Shown here: positions 37,091 through 48,170 of the stretch, piece after piece
Numbering within the stretch: the stretch's first letter is position 1
Layout: each line of letters starts with the position of its first letter
NCBI GenBank assembly: GCA_013239625.1
Contig: MU057349.1
Location: forward strand, 7,838,904-7,902,903
From: Lama guanicoe
Lineage: Eukaryota
Direction of reading: 5' to 3'
Length of the DNA stretch: 64,000 nt
The notes under the pieces: generated by a model
Seen by the model: only the letters and a program-made list of their open reading frames with translations
What the model was told of the DNA's origin: nothing
Databases searched by the model: none
Program-made: the position numbers and the translations under genes

Positions 37091-39825
37091 CCTGGCAAAG
37101 AACTCATGTGAATGCTTAATTCAATCATTAGTTTATTTTTATGGACTTTTTTTTTTGCACTGCCAATGCATTTCATGTCAAAAAAAATTTTAATAGTCAG
37201 AAGAGAATGAGCAAAAAATATTCTGATCATTTCCACCAAGGAGAACTGGACTGTATTTGTTTCTGAATGTAGCTAAAAGGAAGATTTTAGTAAATATGGA
37301 CATCTGTTTCTTTTTTTTTTTAATCACACAAGAAAAATAATCACTCAAACTGTTGTTAGAACTGTTGGAGAACACACTGATTTATTTTTGTAATGGGCTT
37401 TGAAAATAGATTGGAAAAAAAGACCAATAGCTTATCATTTATCTCTGCTTATAGAGAATAGAATAATTTCATATTTTAAAGTAGGCTTATTGCCTTAGAT
37501 TCCTGAGCAGCTCAGCAAGTGCTAAATAATCCAATCCACTTTGATGTTTATCTTCAAATGTGTTGAGACTCTTGTTTGCCTGTGTTTTTCTCTGTGGATC
37601 GTGGTGGGAAGCGCTGAGTGGAGAGTGTGTGCTGAGTGTTGGTATATACACATGGGAGACGTCGCCAGGGGCCTGTGCCCTCTGTAGGAAGACTTGCTTA
37701 ACATGGTTTTTTATTCAATCTGCACAGGATTCTTTGTTGTTTTTTTTTTCATTTCATGTTCTGGCAAGCACCATTCAATTATGAGAACTTAACCAAAAAG
37801 GCTAGAGTGATCCAAGCGCATATGCAGAGAGTTACCACTTGGCCCAGCCATTTATTGGGAAATACCAAGGTTTTCATTTCATGGCCTCCCAGGAAAGGGA
37901 AGTAGCAACCCAACTTTCGAAAACCCAGATGTGCTTCCTCTTCTGTGCCTCTATTCCACAACTACTTTCATTTGTTCTTTTAAACTGAACTCAAAAATTC
38001 AATTAAACTTTTAATTTTCTTAATGTGCCTTTACTTGCTATAAAGTAATCATCAGATTCCAAGGCTCAGAAATGGATGGATGATTAGAGATTAATCACAA
38101 TCACTTGTTCAGTATCACAAGTCCAGGCACTTTTTCACACGGATCAAGGCTTTTGGCTCAGCCATGAAATCTACACTTCAGCAAAGCTCACTGAAATTAC
38201 CCAACAAGAAAGGGATTAAAACATAGATACTTCTTTGGTTTTTTTTCCCATTTCCATTTGTCATAAATATCTCCTCTTACACTGCTGCCCTTGAAAAATT
38301 GTTCCAAAAATCTTTCGCTCATTGTATTTGTGTGTGTGACCGAGACTTTTTCAGCCCCTGGGTTGCTGGTGTTCTGTCTACAGTTCATCCTTTTCTCAGC
38401 TCAGTCTGGCCAGACTACAGACAACTGAGCCGTTGCAGAGGCCGCGAAGTAGCAGAAGACACGGGGCTTTGTTCTGTTTCTGCCTTTAGTGATCAGTGGT
38501 GGGTTGTCATTTAAGAAATACTAATTGAGCATCTATTTTGTAAAAGACACATGTTAATTGTGTGTTTTTAGTGTCCTCACGGGTAAAATGAAGAGGCTGA
38601 CTCGTTGACCTGGAAGAAAGGTCCTTCTGCCACCCAAAGTTTGGGTTTAGCATACTGGCTAGGTCACACACCTCTTCTTGGACAGACGATAGCAGTAGGG
38701 TGAGAACACTGTAAGCATCGCTGTCCATAAACCAAAGGTGAAACCATCCTACTCGTCAGTGTTTCTGAGTGAGTGTGGCACTCTCTGTGGTTTAAGTAGT
38801 AGCGCTAGCTTATTGGAAACCCATTAAAAGAAGATCATGAAAAAAAAGTTCTTTAACACTTTGGGTCAAAGTGTGTGTTGACTCCATGAATGAGACACAC
38901 CTATTCTAAGTAATGAATTAAGTTCTGGTGCCTGAGTTACTATGGTTTCTTATAGTTCATTTTTTGTTGTTGTTGTTGTTCTGGTAGCATAAAGTTATCG
39001 ATTCAAAATGAGATAAGGGGTGAAATTATTTTTAATATATTTTATCAAAAATCTGAAAGCAAAATTATGTCATAGAAGTGAGCCAGTGTATGGCTGCCCT
39101 ATCCTGGTCATAGCACCTTTCAGTGAAGAAAACTTTTTTTCCATTTGGCAAATTGCGTGAAATTCTTTATTTAGTTTTTTTTAGAGAGATATCAGCCAAA
39201 ACCTCTAGTACTTCCCAGTATTTCTTCTCAGCCTTCTTCTATCCAGATGTCTGTTTGTTACCTTTCTTAATTTGAATTGATGCCTGCTTGTTACAGATTA
39301 ATTCCTACAGCAGCCAAAAAAACAAACAAAAAAAAACTTTGAATAATAAAAATTTCCAATTTTTTAACTAGTTAAGATTTCATCTTCAGTAGCAATTGAT
39401 ATGACAAAATTCTAACACAGTGAAAGAGCTTAGATAGTCTCTTAGCCATCCGAATACTTTTTGACCAGTAGTTACTTGTCAGTGACCTTGTAACCATCAT
39501 TTTGCTACTTCATTGGGTACATATTAAGGTATAAAGTTCAGTCCCAAAAAATAAAGGAAGATTATTTTTCAGTATTAAGGGTTGAAGTAAATGAGGTAAT
39601 ATTTTAATTAATAAAAATGTACATGAAACAGTTGGAAAATTGAGTGACTATTTTGCAGTTTGTTGGGTACTAGTGTCTATAATTACTACGTAAACTTTTT
39701 ATAAATCTCCTAATATTAAAGCAGCATTAGTGAGAAAAGACATTATATTTATAATGCTACTTCTTAAGTCATGCCTCTTTCTCTTCCCCTTTTCCAACCA
39801 CCTTCCCACCCCCATTCCTACATGT

Positions 39826-39837
39826 TACACACACATA

Positions 39838-39870
<33 letters not shown>

Positions 39871-39885
39871 TCCAATACACACACA
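39826..39885. repeat. Compound (CA)n(TC)n(CA)n microsatellite within the inferred 3' UTR
   Basis: Direct reading. Confidence 0.9.
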
Positions 39886-40859
39886 GAATTAAGTCACTTA
39901 GAAAATGGATTTTTTTTCAGTAACTCTTGAATTCAAATTCAGGGGCTGCTGATGTCAATATAGTATTTTCAAAGTATTTTGTTGGAACTTGTATAAATAA
40001 TATACAATTTATAGGATTTGAGGTTGTAAAATTTCAACTAGAAAAGCGGACTCCCCAGATCTCAGGACGACAATATCCCAGATCACATTTTACACTCACC
40101 TAGCTATGTACTAACTGATGGTCATTTATTCATTAATGTAAGATTTTTTACCTTAATACTTCTCAAAAACCTTTTTGCCCATTTATTATTTTCATAGACA
40201 ATCATATGTGTATAATATTATAGAATATTAGAATAATTTCTATATAATTACATTATTCAGTTTAGTCTTTCTCCATGCTAACACATAAGTAATGTCTGGA
40301 TATTGACTTGGTTGAATCAAGGTTGGGTTAGAAAATAGCTTTGCACACTTGATGTGTTAAGATGAAATATGAGATTAAACAAGGTGTCGTGGGTAAGTCT
40401 GACTTCTCTGTGTATCATTTTTCCCTTGAGAGTTGTATTTTAATGTAGTCTGTAGGTGCTTAAATGATCCCCTTTTCCTAAAAAAACCAAGCCTTCCCTT
40501 CAGCTTTCCACCTTCATTTCTGTAAATGTTTTAGTTGAGAACTGAATGCTTGTACAGTCAATGGCAATTTAAAAAATATATATTATATATGTATATGGAA
40601 AAACTTTAAAGATGCTTTTAATTTATTTAATGACTGTTGCCTTCCTATAATGGTAATAATTTTCATCCTTAGATGATGAGAAAAAATTCTTTTTACTATA
40701 GTTATTACATGCAAAATGACATTTGGTTCTTTAGTCCAGTTACTAAAGGGGCGTATTGCAGTGAAACTGTGAAAGACGCTTCACTACTGACGTGTAAGCT
40801 TTGCTGGCTTTGTATCACTTTCCTCCAGTAATGGAGAGCTTTTCACTATACAGTATGGA

Positions 40860-40865
40860 AATAAA
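40860..40865 (+). terminator. Candidate distal polyadenylation signal of BMP3
   Basis: AATAAA followed by a CA ~14 nt downstream and a pyrimidine-rich stretch; repeat density rises after ~41.3 kb. Confidence 0.5.
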
Positions 40866-42100
40866 GTTGCTTAATTGAACACCTCCCCTATTCTCTTCTA
40901 CTTCTCATTGGGAAAGACTGCATTTTCAAAACTTGAAAAAGTTGAAGTACTGCTGCATTTGAAAAAAGATAATAAAGCTTAGGCACAGAGTGGAACGTTT
41001 TCACATGGTATCATGAATGAAGCATCATAACCTACCGACAACATAGCATGAAAGATAATTAACATCGTGGAACAATATTGAAATATACCCATAAGGGAAA
41101 AAGTCCTGTCTCCCAAACTTGAGAAACTCAACTTGAATTATTTCATATTTTCTTACTCTCTCTCTCTCTTTTAGCATTTCATGTTAAAACTCCACATCTC
41201 CTACTTGGAGATATTTTTTCTAGATGCTTGTATCACTATTTTGGCAATCATTTCATTTCATCTGTCTTTGTTACCATGTCCTGTCCATATAAATCATATT
41301 GCCAAGCGCCTGAAGCAGACTAAGGACTTTGTTACTATCAATTATTATTTTATCTAATCCAGTCTTCCCATTTGCCAAATAAGGAAATGTAGACATGCTA
41401 TGGTTTACACCTATTCAGACACCACTCATAATGCCGTCCCCTGAAAATTGGCCCCCACCAGCAGAGATGGGTTCCTGACACTAACAGAGATAGGCCTCTG
41501 GCAGTTTAGCAAGAGAATGAATCTGGCACAGATAGAACACTGAGCCTTGCAGACTAAGGAGAAGCTGCCTTGTTCCCAAAGGTGTTCCAGTTTCCGCTCC
41601 TGTCTCTGCTAAACTGTGCTTCCTGTCCTTGGATTACATGCACTATCCCTGTGAACTCAATAATGAGCTCACTTGTGCTTGAGCAAGTTTGAGTCCATGT
41701 CTGTAAATTGCAACCAAAAGAATCTTGACTGTGATATACTGAACTGTTGAGTATGCCCAGAGCCACATGACGAACTATTGGAAAAACTGGTGCTGGAATC
41801 CTTCATAACGTCATGGAGAGAACATGGTCCCTGCGGTCAAAAAGACCTGCATTAAGATCTTGGTACCGCCAGTTACTGCTGGGGCGATATGTGTCCTTGA
41901 GGAATAATAACTGGGTCACCATATGATAAGGGTGGTCAGTTCTTTTGTAATTCACTGACTCAGTTCTTATGCCAGAGGAATTGCCTTGAAATACCTCTTA
42001 GGATAAGACTTTATAGCTATTAGAAGTTAAGAGGTGGACATTAGGGTTAAGAATAAGAACCTTGAATACAAATCCGTATCATCCTATAAATCATTTAGTA

Positions 42101-42578
42101 CAGGTATATCTTGGAGATGTTGTGGGGTCAGATCCAGACCATTGCAATAAAGTAAATACAGCAATAAAGTGAGTCACACATTTTTTTGGTGTTCCAGTGC
42201 ATATAAAAGTTATATTTACACTAAACTGTAGTCTATTAAGTAAGCACTAGCATTATTTCTAAAANNNNNNNNNNNNNNNNNNNNNNNNNNNNNNNNNNNN
42301 NNNNNNNNNNNNNNNNNNNNNNNNNNNNNNNNNNNNNNNNNNNNNNNNNNNNNNNNNNNNNNNNNNNNNNNNNNNNNNNNNNNNNNNNNNNNNNNNNNNN
42401 NNNNNNNAAACTTTGAAACATTGTGAGAATGACAACATGTGACACAGAGACACAGTGAGAAGATGCTGTTGGAAAAATGGTGCTGACAGACTTTGTGATG
42501 CAGTGTCTTTGTGATGCCACAAAATTTCAATTTGTGGAAAACACAGTATCTGCGAAGCACAGAAATGAGCTATGCCTG
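42101..42578. mobile_element. Tigger1 internal-deletion derivative (TcMar DNA transposon; contains N gap)
   Basis: Terminal inverted repeats CAGGTATA.../...TATGCCTG flanked by TA on both sides; internal GCAATAAAGTGAGTCACAC and GCTGTTGGAAAAATGG motifs typical of Tigger1. Confidence 0.8.
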
Positions 42579-42832
42579 TACTACTGAACAGTCTTCACCT
42601 TGTACAAAAGCTTATCTTACTTAGGGGAGATGTGCTTGATGATATAGAGCAATAATATCTCAGTTGTCCACAGTCTCAGAACTGGAGATTAGGCATCTGG
42701 AACTATTATCAAATGAATACCAGCAAGTAATGCTAAAACATTATCACAGTGGAAAAATCCAGTGTCACAGGTTATACATTTAGATCCACAACACACAAAA
42801 TTTAAGAATCCACAAGTCTTTTGCTCTTTTGT

Positions 42833-42857
42833 TCACACACACACACACACACACACA
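42833..42857. repeat. (CA)n microsatellite
   Basis: Direct reading. Confidence 0.95.
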
Positions 42858-43339
42858 GGATGTCCTCAAGGTATGAGTTTTACTTTTAATTTGAGTTATA
42901 ATATTCATTTTTTAAGTTGCATTTGCTGTAACCCCAGATTGTAGCCCTGACTTTACTAAGCTCTGGGCTTACGTGCTTTGCTATGTTCCTTCACCTGCTG
43001 GGGGCCTTAATTTTCTCTTAAACGGTCTTTAAAATCCCTTCCTCTCAAGTATACCAGATTGTATGATCCAAACATCCTTCCTAAATTACAACTCATAAGT
43101 ACTTTTGTCCTGATCATGCCTTAGGTAAAAACAACAATAAAAATGATGATGAAAGGGACAGTGGGAAGCACATGACAAAGTTAGTCATCAGAGATTCTCC
43201 CTCATGTCTATCACGTGGTGGTGTTTTTGAGACTCCTCTACTGCTCATACCTGTATCTAACTTCAAGCATTCATTCTCTCATTTTAATAGGAAAAATGAT
43301 TTTTAAAAAAACTAGATTCATCTGTCATTAATTAGAGAG

Positions 43340-43580
43340 TATAGCATGAGAATTAGGCACTGAAGGCTTGGAGCCAGACTATTTGCATTAGAATACAAAC
43401 TCTGTCTCTTATGACCTTAGGCAAGCTATTAACCTTCTCTGGGCTTCCATGTCCTCATGTGTAAAACAAGAACAAAACACAGAACCTACTTTACAGAGTT
43501 GTGAGGATTACCTGAGTTATTACACATAAAACACTTATAAATGTTTACAGCACGAGGTAAATGTTCTAGACCATTAGCTT
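43340..43580 (+). mobile_element. MIR
   Basis: GGAGCCAGACT...TGACCTTAGGCAAG...TCCTCATGTGTAAAA...GTTGTGAGGATTA. Confidence 0.65.
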
Positions 43581-43765
43581 TTCGATTTATTAAATGCATT
43601 TTATACATTTCCATGAATGAGTCTTCATTTCACACTGAGAGGTAAGGTCTCAGGTATTATCCTCAATTTTATTGATCAAGGAGAATAACTGGTTTAACAG
43701 AGGTCAGAGCCATGGTAGTGTCAGAGCTGAGATTCAAGTAGTGGTAGACTCACCCTAATTGTCCT

Positions 43766-44086
43766 GCCTTTTTTTTTTTTAATTGAAGTATAGTCAGTTT
43801 ACAATGTTGTGTCAATTTCTGGCACACAGCATAATGTTTCAGTCACACATACATATATTCCTTTTCATTATAGGTTACTACTATATTGAATATAGTTCCC
43901 TGTACTATATAGTATGGACTTGTTTATCTATTTTATATATAGAAGTTAGTATCTGCAAATCTCGAATTCCCAATTCTGCACCCTCCACCCCGTAATCACT
44001 CACATGTGGAATCTTAAAAAAAGACAAGACACAAATGAACTTATTTACAAAACAGAGACTCACAGACATAAAAAACAAACCTATGG
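43766..44086 (-). mobile_element. Short L1 with 5' inversion
   Basis: T-tail + antisense 3' UTR (43769-~43992) joined to a sense-oriented adjacent L1 segment (~43995-44088). TTGTCCT repeat at 43759-43765 and 44087-44093. Confidence 0.8.
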
Positions 44087-44489
44087 TTGTCCTTTTTCAC
44101 TTTGCTTCATATGTTTCTACTTCAAAAGAGCTGTCAATGTATGTAGTCCCTCAGAATTCTGAGAAACTTGAGGAAAATAACCAAAGGCACAGGACAAGGA
44201 GCAAAAAAATTAGTTTTAATAATGGCAGCGTTTGATCAGTATTTGGATCTGAGGTCTTTCCCCCTGAGCTGAGCTTCCCTGCCCAACACCAAGTGGTGCA
44301 GAGACAGTCCTGTGAGCTGAGGCCCTGGAAGAGGGAAAAATGTGTGTTTTGAATAGGTAATTCTGAAAAGGGGTTCATCAAAAGAGGGCTGACCTGTGTA
44401 CTTTCAGCTTCCATTTTTTTCACATTATCAATAGGATCAGTTGTTCCCTTTAAAAAGAAAAGATGGAGACAGTAGCTAAAATGTTGCTC

Positions 44490-45075
44490 TGTTGGCATTA
44501 CAGCTCAGTTGTGACAGCAACCTGGATCTGGGCGAGAGAAGAGTTGGAGAACTCAGGTTTATTTCGCCAGCAGACCCAGAGGAGTTAACACTCCAAGCTC
44601 TGGACCCCGTTGGTAGGTTTACACAGGCCTTTATAGGTTGCCAGTTTTACACTTTGCAATATCATATGCAAATAAAGTAGAACAGAAGAGGACCAACTAG
44701 GATCAAGCTTTGTAGAAACAGACCAATCAGGAATGAGAGAAATAACCAATCAGGAGTGAGGGGAATGGACCAATCAGGAGTGAGAGAAATAACCAATCAG
44801 GAGTGAGCTCCATGCAAATGAAGTACTACAAAAGGACCAATCAGAAGTTAGGAAAGTGGACCAATCAGAAGTGAGAGTAATAACCTTCAGGAGTGAAGGA
44901 AATAACCAATCAGAAGTGAGCTCAGGGAACCAATAGAATTTTAGGAGTAAGTAAGCCATTTCAGAGGCAAAAAGTGAGACAGAGCCTCTGGGCCAGGGAA
45001 GGGGATGGTGCTGGCAGGAGAGTAGTGACCCTGCTTGGGGGCTCTGTGGGTCTTTTTATGGGGCTTCCCTCCTCA
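44490..45075 (-). mobile_element. Solo endogenous retroviral LTR (ERV1-like, 4-bp TSD)
   Basis: TG...CA termini (44490-44491, 45074-45075) flanked by GCTC direct repeats (44486-44489, 45076-45079). On the minus strand: CCAAT-repeat U3, TATAAA (44635-44630), then AATAAA (44563-44558). Confidence 0.8.
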
Positions 45076-46030
45076 GCTCCAACACTCCGTCACAGAGCGT
45101 GCACCAGAGCCGCATTCCCTGCGTGCAGGACCAGAGTTGGGTATGTCTGAGAGCCTTTTCCTCCAATCCCTGCTACACTGTCATGTGGGAAATTCGGCCC
45201 TCCCCCACATCCCAGTCAGCTCAGAGGGCCCGAAAGAGCACAAGTGACTATAATCTTCAGTCTTAACATGTCCCCCCTGAGAAATAGGGACCAACTGGTG
45301 AATGGCCAGTTCTGACTCTCACCACGAGGATCCGTGCTCCTCTTCCCCTGGGGAAGCCATGAGAAGCACTTTCACCCCAGGACCTGTCCTCCACTGCCAT
45401 TCCCTCTTGGCAGGTGGGGTAGAAGTAGAGCCCTGTTTATGGAAAGATGAGGAATGGGGAAAGCGACTCCTCTAACAGAAACTGTGATATGAACTGTCTT
45501 CTGTCACTTTTTAAATTATAGTGAACATTCATTACCAACCTCAAAGGAGCAAATACGACATACAGTAATCATTCCCAGTAGGTGTTGGGTTTTGCTTTTC
45601 AGAGTTCCCCTACCCGGATTATTATGCCTGTTTTCTCCAGGCCCACCAGAGGATGTGGAAAGAAAACCCTTCTTTGATTTGCGTCAAGCCCAGGGTTATC
45701 TGGGTCTTTGATCTGTAGCCAGTAGGGAGACAGACATCTATTCTGTGAGTCAGCTGGAGGTCGCTGACAATTAACAGGGTTAGAATAAGCAGTGTCCTCC
45801 TCCTTTCATCCTTAATGCTGTCAATTTTCTTTCATTTGTGACAACATGGTTTTCATCTTGTCCTCATTTCCATCTGTGGCATTGAAACACTGCTGTGAGG
45901 GCAATCAGAAATCCAGTCCTAGGAACAGTTGGAGAGTAGCAGGTGATTTTATTCACCCGTATTCCCTTCGTCCCAGCCTCATACCCATTGTCTGTCTGTC
46001 AGTCTGTCTCTCTGTCTTTCTCTCCCTCTC

Positions 46031-46032
<2 letters not shown>

Positions 46033-46069
<37 letters not shown>
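46033..46069. repeat. (CA)n microsatellite preceded by (TCTG)/(TC) repeats
   Basis: Direct reading. Confidence 0.95.
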
Positions 46070-46074
<5 letters not shown>

Positions 46075-47125
46075 TAGCTCCACTTCAGTGTCATTGAAGC
46101 GAGGAAGGAGGTATGGTTCTTTCCAACCCATGGACTCAGAATACAAGCCAACTACATTTTCAGACTCGAAACACAGGCAAACTGCCATCAGGTTACAGTC
46201 AAAACCAACCCCCACCTCATGGGGGTTCAGGCCAGATGTGAATGCAGCAGTTCAGAGGTGAGGCAATTACGTGTAAGAACCATGTGACAGAGCTTTTCCC
46301 AAAATGGACTAATTTAAGAGAAAATTTTGGTGTTTATAGGACTTCAGCCCTGCTTTCTGGAGGTTTTCCATCACTATAAACACTGATATACATACATATG
46401 GACATGCACAGACTTTTAAAATTGGGTCAAGCCTATGTAATTTCATTAACTCATCTTACTCGTTAGAAATGGGAGAAATTAATGACACAATACCCAAATT
46501 TTGACAGTTGAAAAGGTCACAGAGACAAATGCTGTATGGAAGCTGGAGACCATATTCTGGTGTCAATAATATGAATTGGGAAACTTGGAGCTGTTGGTAA
46601 TGTTTGGATGATTTTATAATGCAGAGGTAGACGGCTTGCCTGGTGAGGGAACTTGCATCTTCGAGTTGCATGAACCCTTCGGGGCTGTGATTTCTACTGC
46701 CTTTGATCTGAAGCTCAATTTGTAACACTTCCAAGGGACACCAGCATGTCGCAAAGAGAAGTTTAAGGTTTGATAGGTTGAGCTGAGAGCACTTTGAAGC
46801 TGCCCGTTGCTTCTAATATCAGCAGTTCCCATTTCCGCCAGCAGGGTGGTTTCGGAGTTGTTTTAAAATTCTATCCCACTCCAACCAGTTGCAGAATTAA
46901 GATCTAGAACTCATCATGAAGATGAGATATTTCTGTCTTGTAGAAGGCAGACTCCTCTACTGCACCTGCTTTGAACGACCTAGTAGACACCTAAGGAAAG
47001 ACCCTGTGGTTTGAGAACAAGGCAGAAATCACCTAAACATGAATATATTGACTTTAATTAAAACGTTATTTTTTTCCAGCCCCACTTTATGTTCCATTGC
47101 ATAAGATTTTGTATCAATTGACTTT

Positions 47126-47190
47126 TGTGTGTGTGTGTGTATATATATATATATACACACACATATATGTGTGTGTATATATATATATGT
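47126..47190. repeat. Compound (TG)n(TA)n(CA)n microsatellite
   Basis: Direct reading; strictly alternating purine/pyrimidine. Confidence 0.95.
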
Positions 47191-47382
47191 ATTTTATTGA
47201 AGTATAGTCAGTTTACAATCTTGTGTCAATTTCTGGTGTACAGCATAATGCTTCAGTCATACATAAACATACATATATTCATTTTCACATTCTTTTTCAC
47301 CATAAGTTACTATAAGATATTGAATATAGTTCCCTGTGCTATATGGTATAAGTTTGTTGTTTGTTATATTTTATTTATATTT
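47190..47382 (-). mobile_element. L1 3' end fragment with microsatellite tail
   Basis: ATTGAAGTATAGTCAGTTTACAATCTTGTGTCAATTTCTGGTGTACAGCATAATG... same family as the 43769 and 33115 copies. Confidence 0.85.
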
Positions 47383-47982
47383 TAAAAATCTTAAAGAATC
47401 TTTGACTTTGTTATTCTTCTTTCTCTTGCAGCTCTCTGAAATAAAATCTGAATTTGTAAGAAATCTCAAAAGCCCCAAGAATGGTTATACAGATGATAGC
47501 CTACAAATCTGAATTAGTATACCAAAAAAAGTGGAAAATGAAATGATTGAATCCATACATTAAATATTTCCTTATTGAAAGGATTTCCTTTTAAGTTTAT
47601 TGAATTTATGGGAAAATGACAGAGTCAAGTCCTGGACATTTGTGAAAAATAATTATTTTGATTATAAAGCCTCTTACTCAAAAAAAGAAAACAAAATAGC
47701 CTGTTTTGAACCACTGGGAATTTGAAGAGTGTTACATGGCTCGTGATAGAGACAAGAGGCCCTGAGCACTGATTTATTCATTCACCAATATCAACAGTAG
47801 TGGCTGAAAGTGGAGGGGCCCTAGATAAGAGGCTTTTCTGTAGTTTGAGTGACAGGCAACTTGAGTTTTAGTTTTGGCCCAGATTTTAAAGGTCTAGCGT
47901 CCGATAAAACTGATAAACATTTAGAAAGATTCCCTCAGTGGACCAAAGGCATAGGGAGCTTGAATCTAAGGTTGCATGTACA

Positions 47983-48170
47983 CAGCAGTCACTAGCCATA
48001 TGTGGCTATTCCACTTCAAGTTAATTAAAATTGAATAACATTAAAGATTCAGTTCCTCAGTCCAACAAACCACATTTCAAACACCTAACAGCCACATGTG
48101 ATTAGTGGCTACTTCATTGAACAGCACAGACATAGAACATCTTCATCATCACAGAAAGTCCTCTTGGATC
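47983..48170. mobile_element. MER3 (hAT-Charlie)
   Basis: CACTAGCCATATGTGGCTAT...TTCAGTTCCTCAGTC...CCACATTTCAA...AGCCACATGTGATTAGTGGCTAC...ATAGAACAT...CACAGAAAGT. Confidence 0.75.

Larger units (their letters stand above)
37091..40890 (+). other. BMP3: BMP3 long 3' UTR (inferred extent)
   Basis: AT-rich, nearly transposon-free ~3.8 kb after the stop codon. Ends at AATAAA 40860-40865; further AATAAA at 39345, 39550, 39610 and 40971. Confidence 0.6.

Noticed and set aside
44720-44935. Regularly spaced repeats superficially like a CRISPR array
   Set aside because: Eukaryotic DNA; the units are 23-24-bp tandem repeats without unique spacers, there are no cas genes, and they lie within an LTR.
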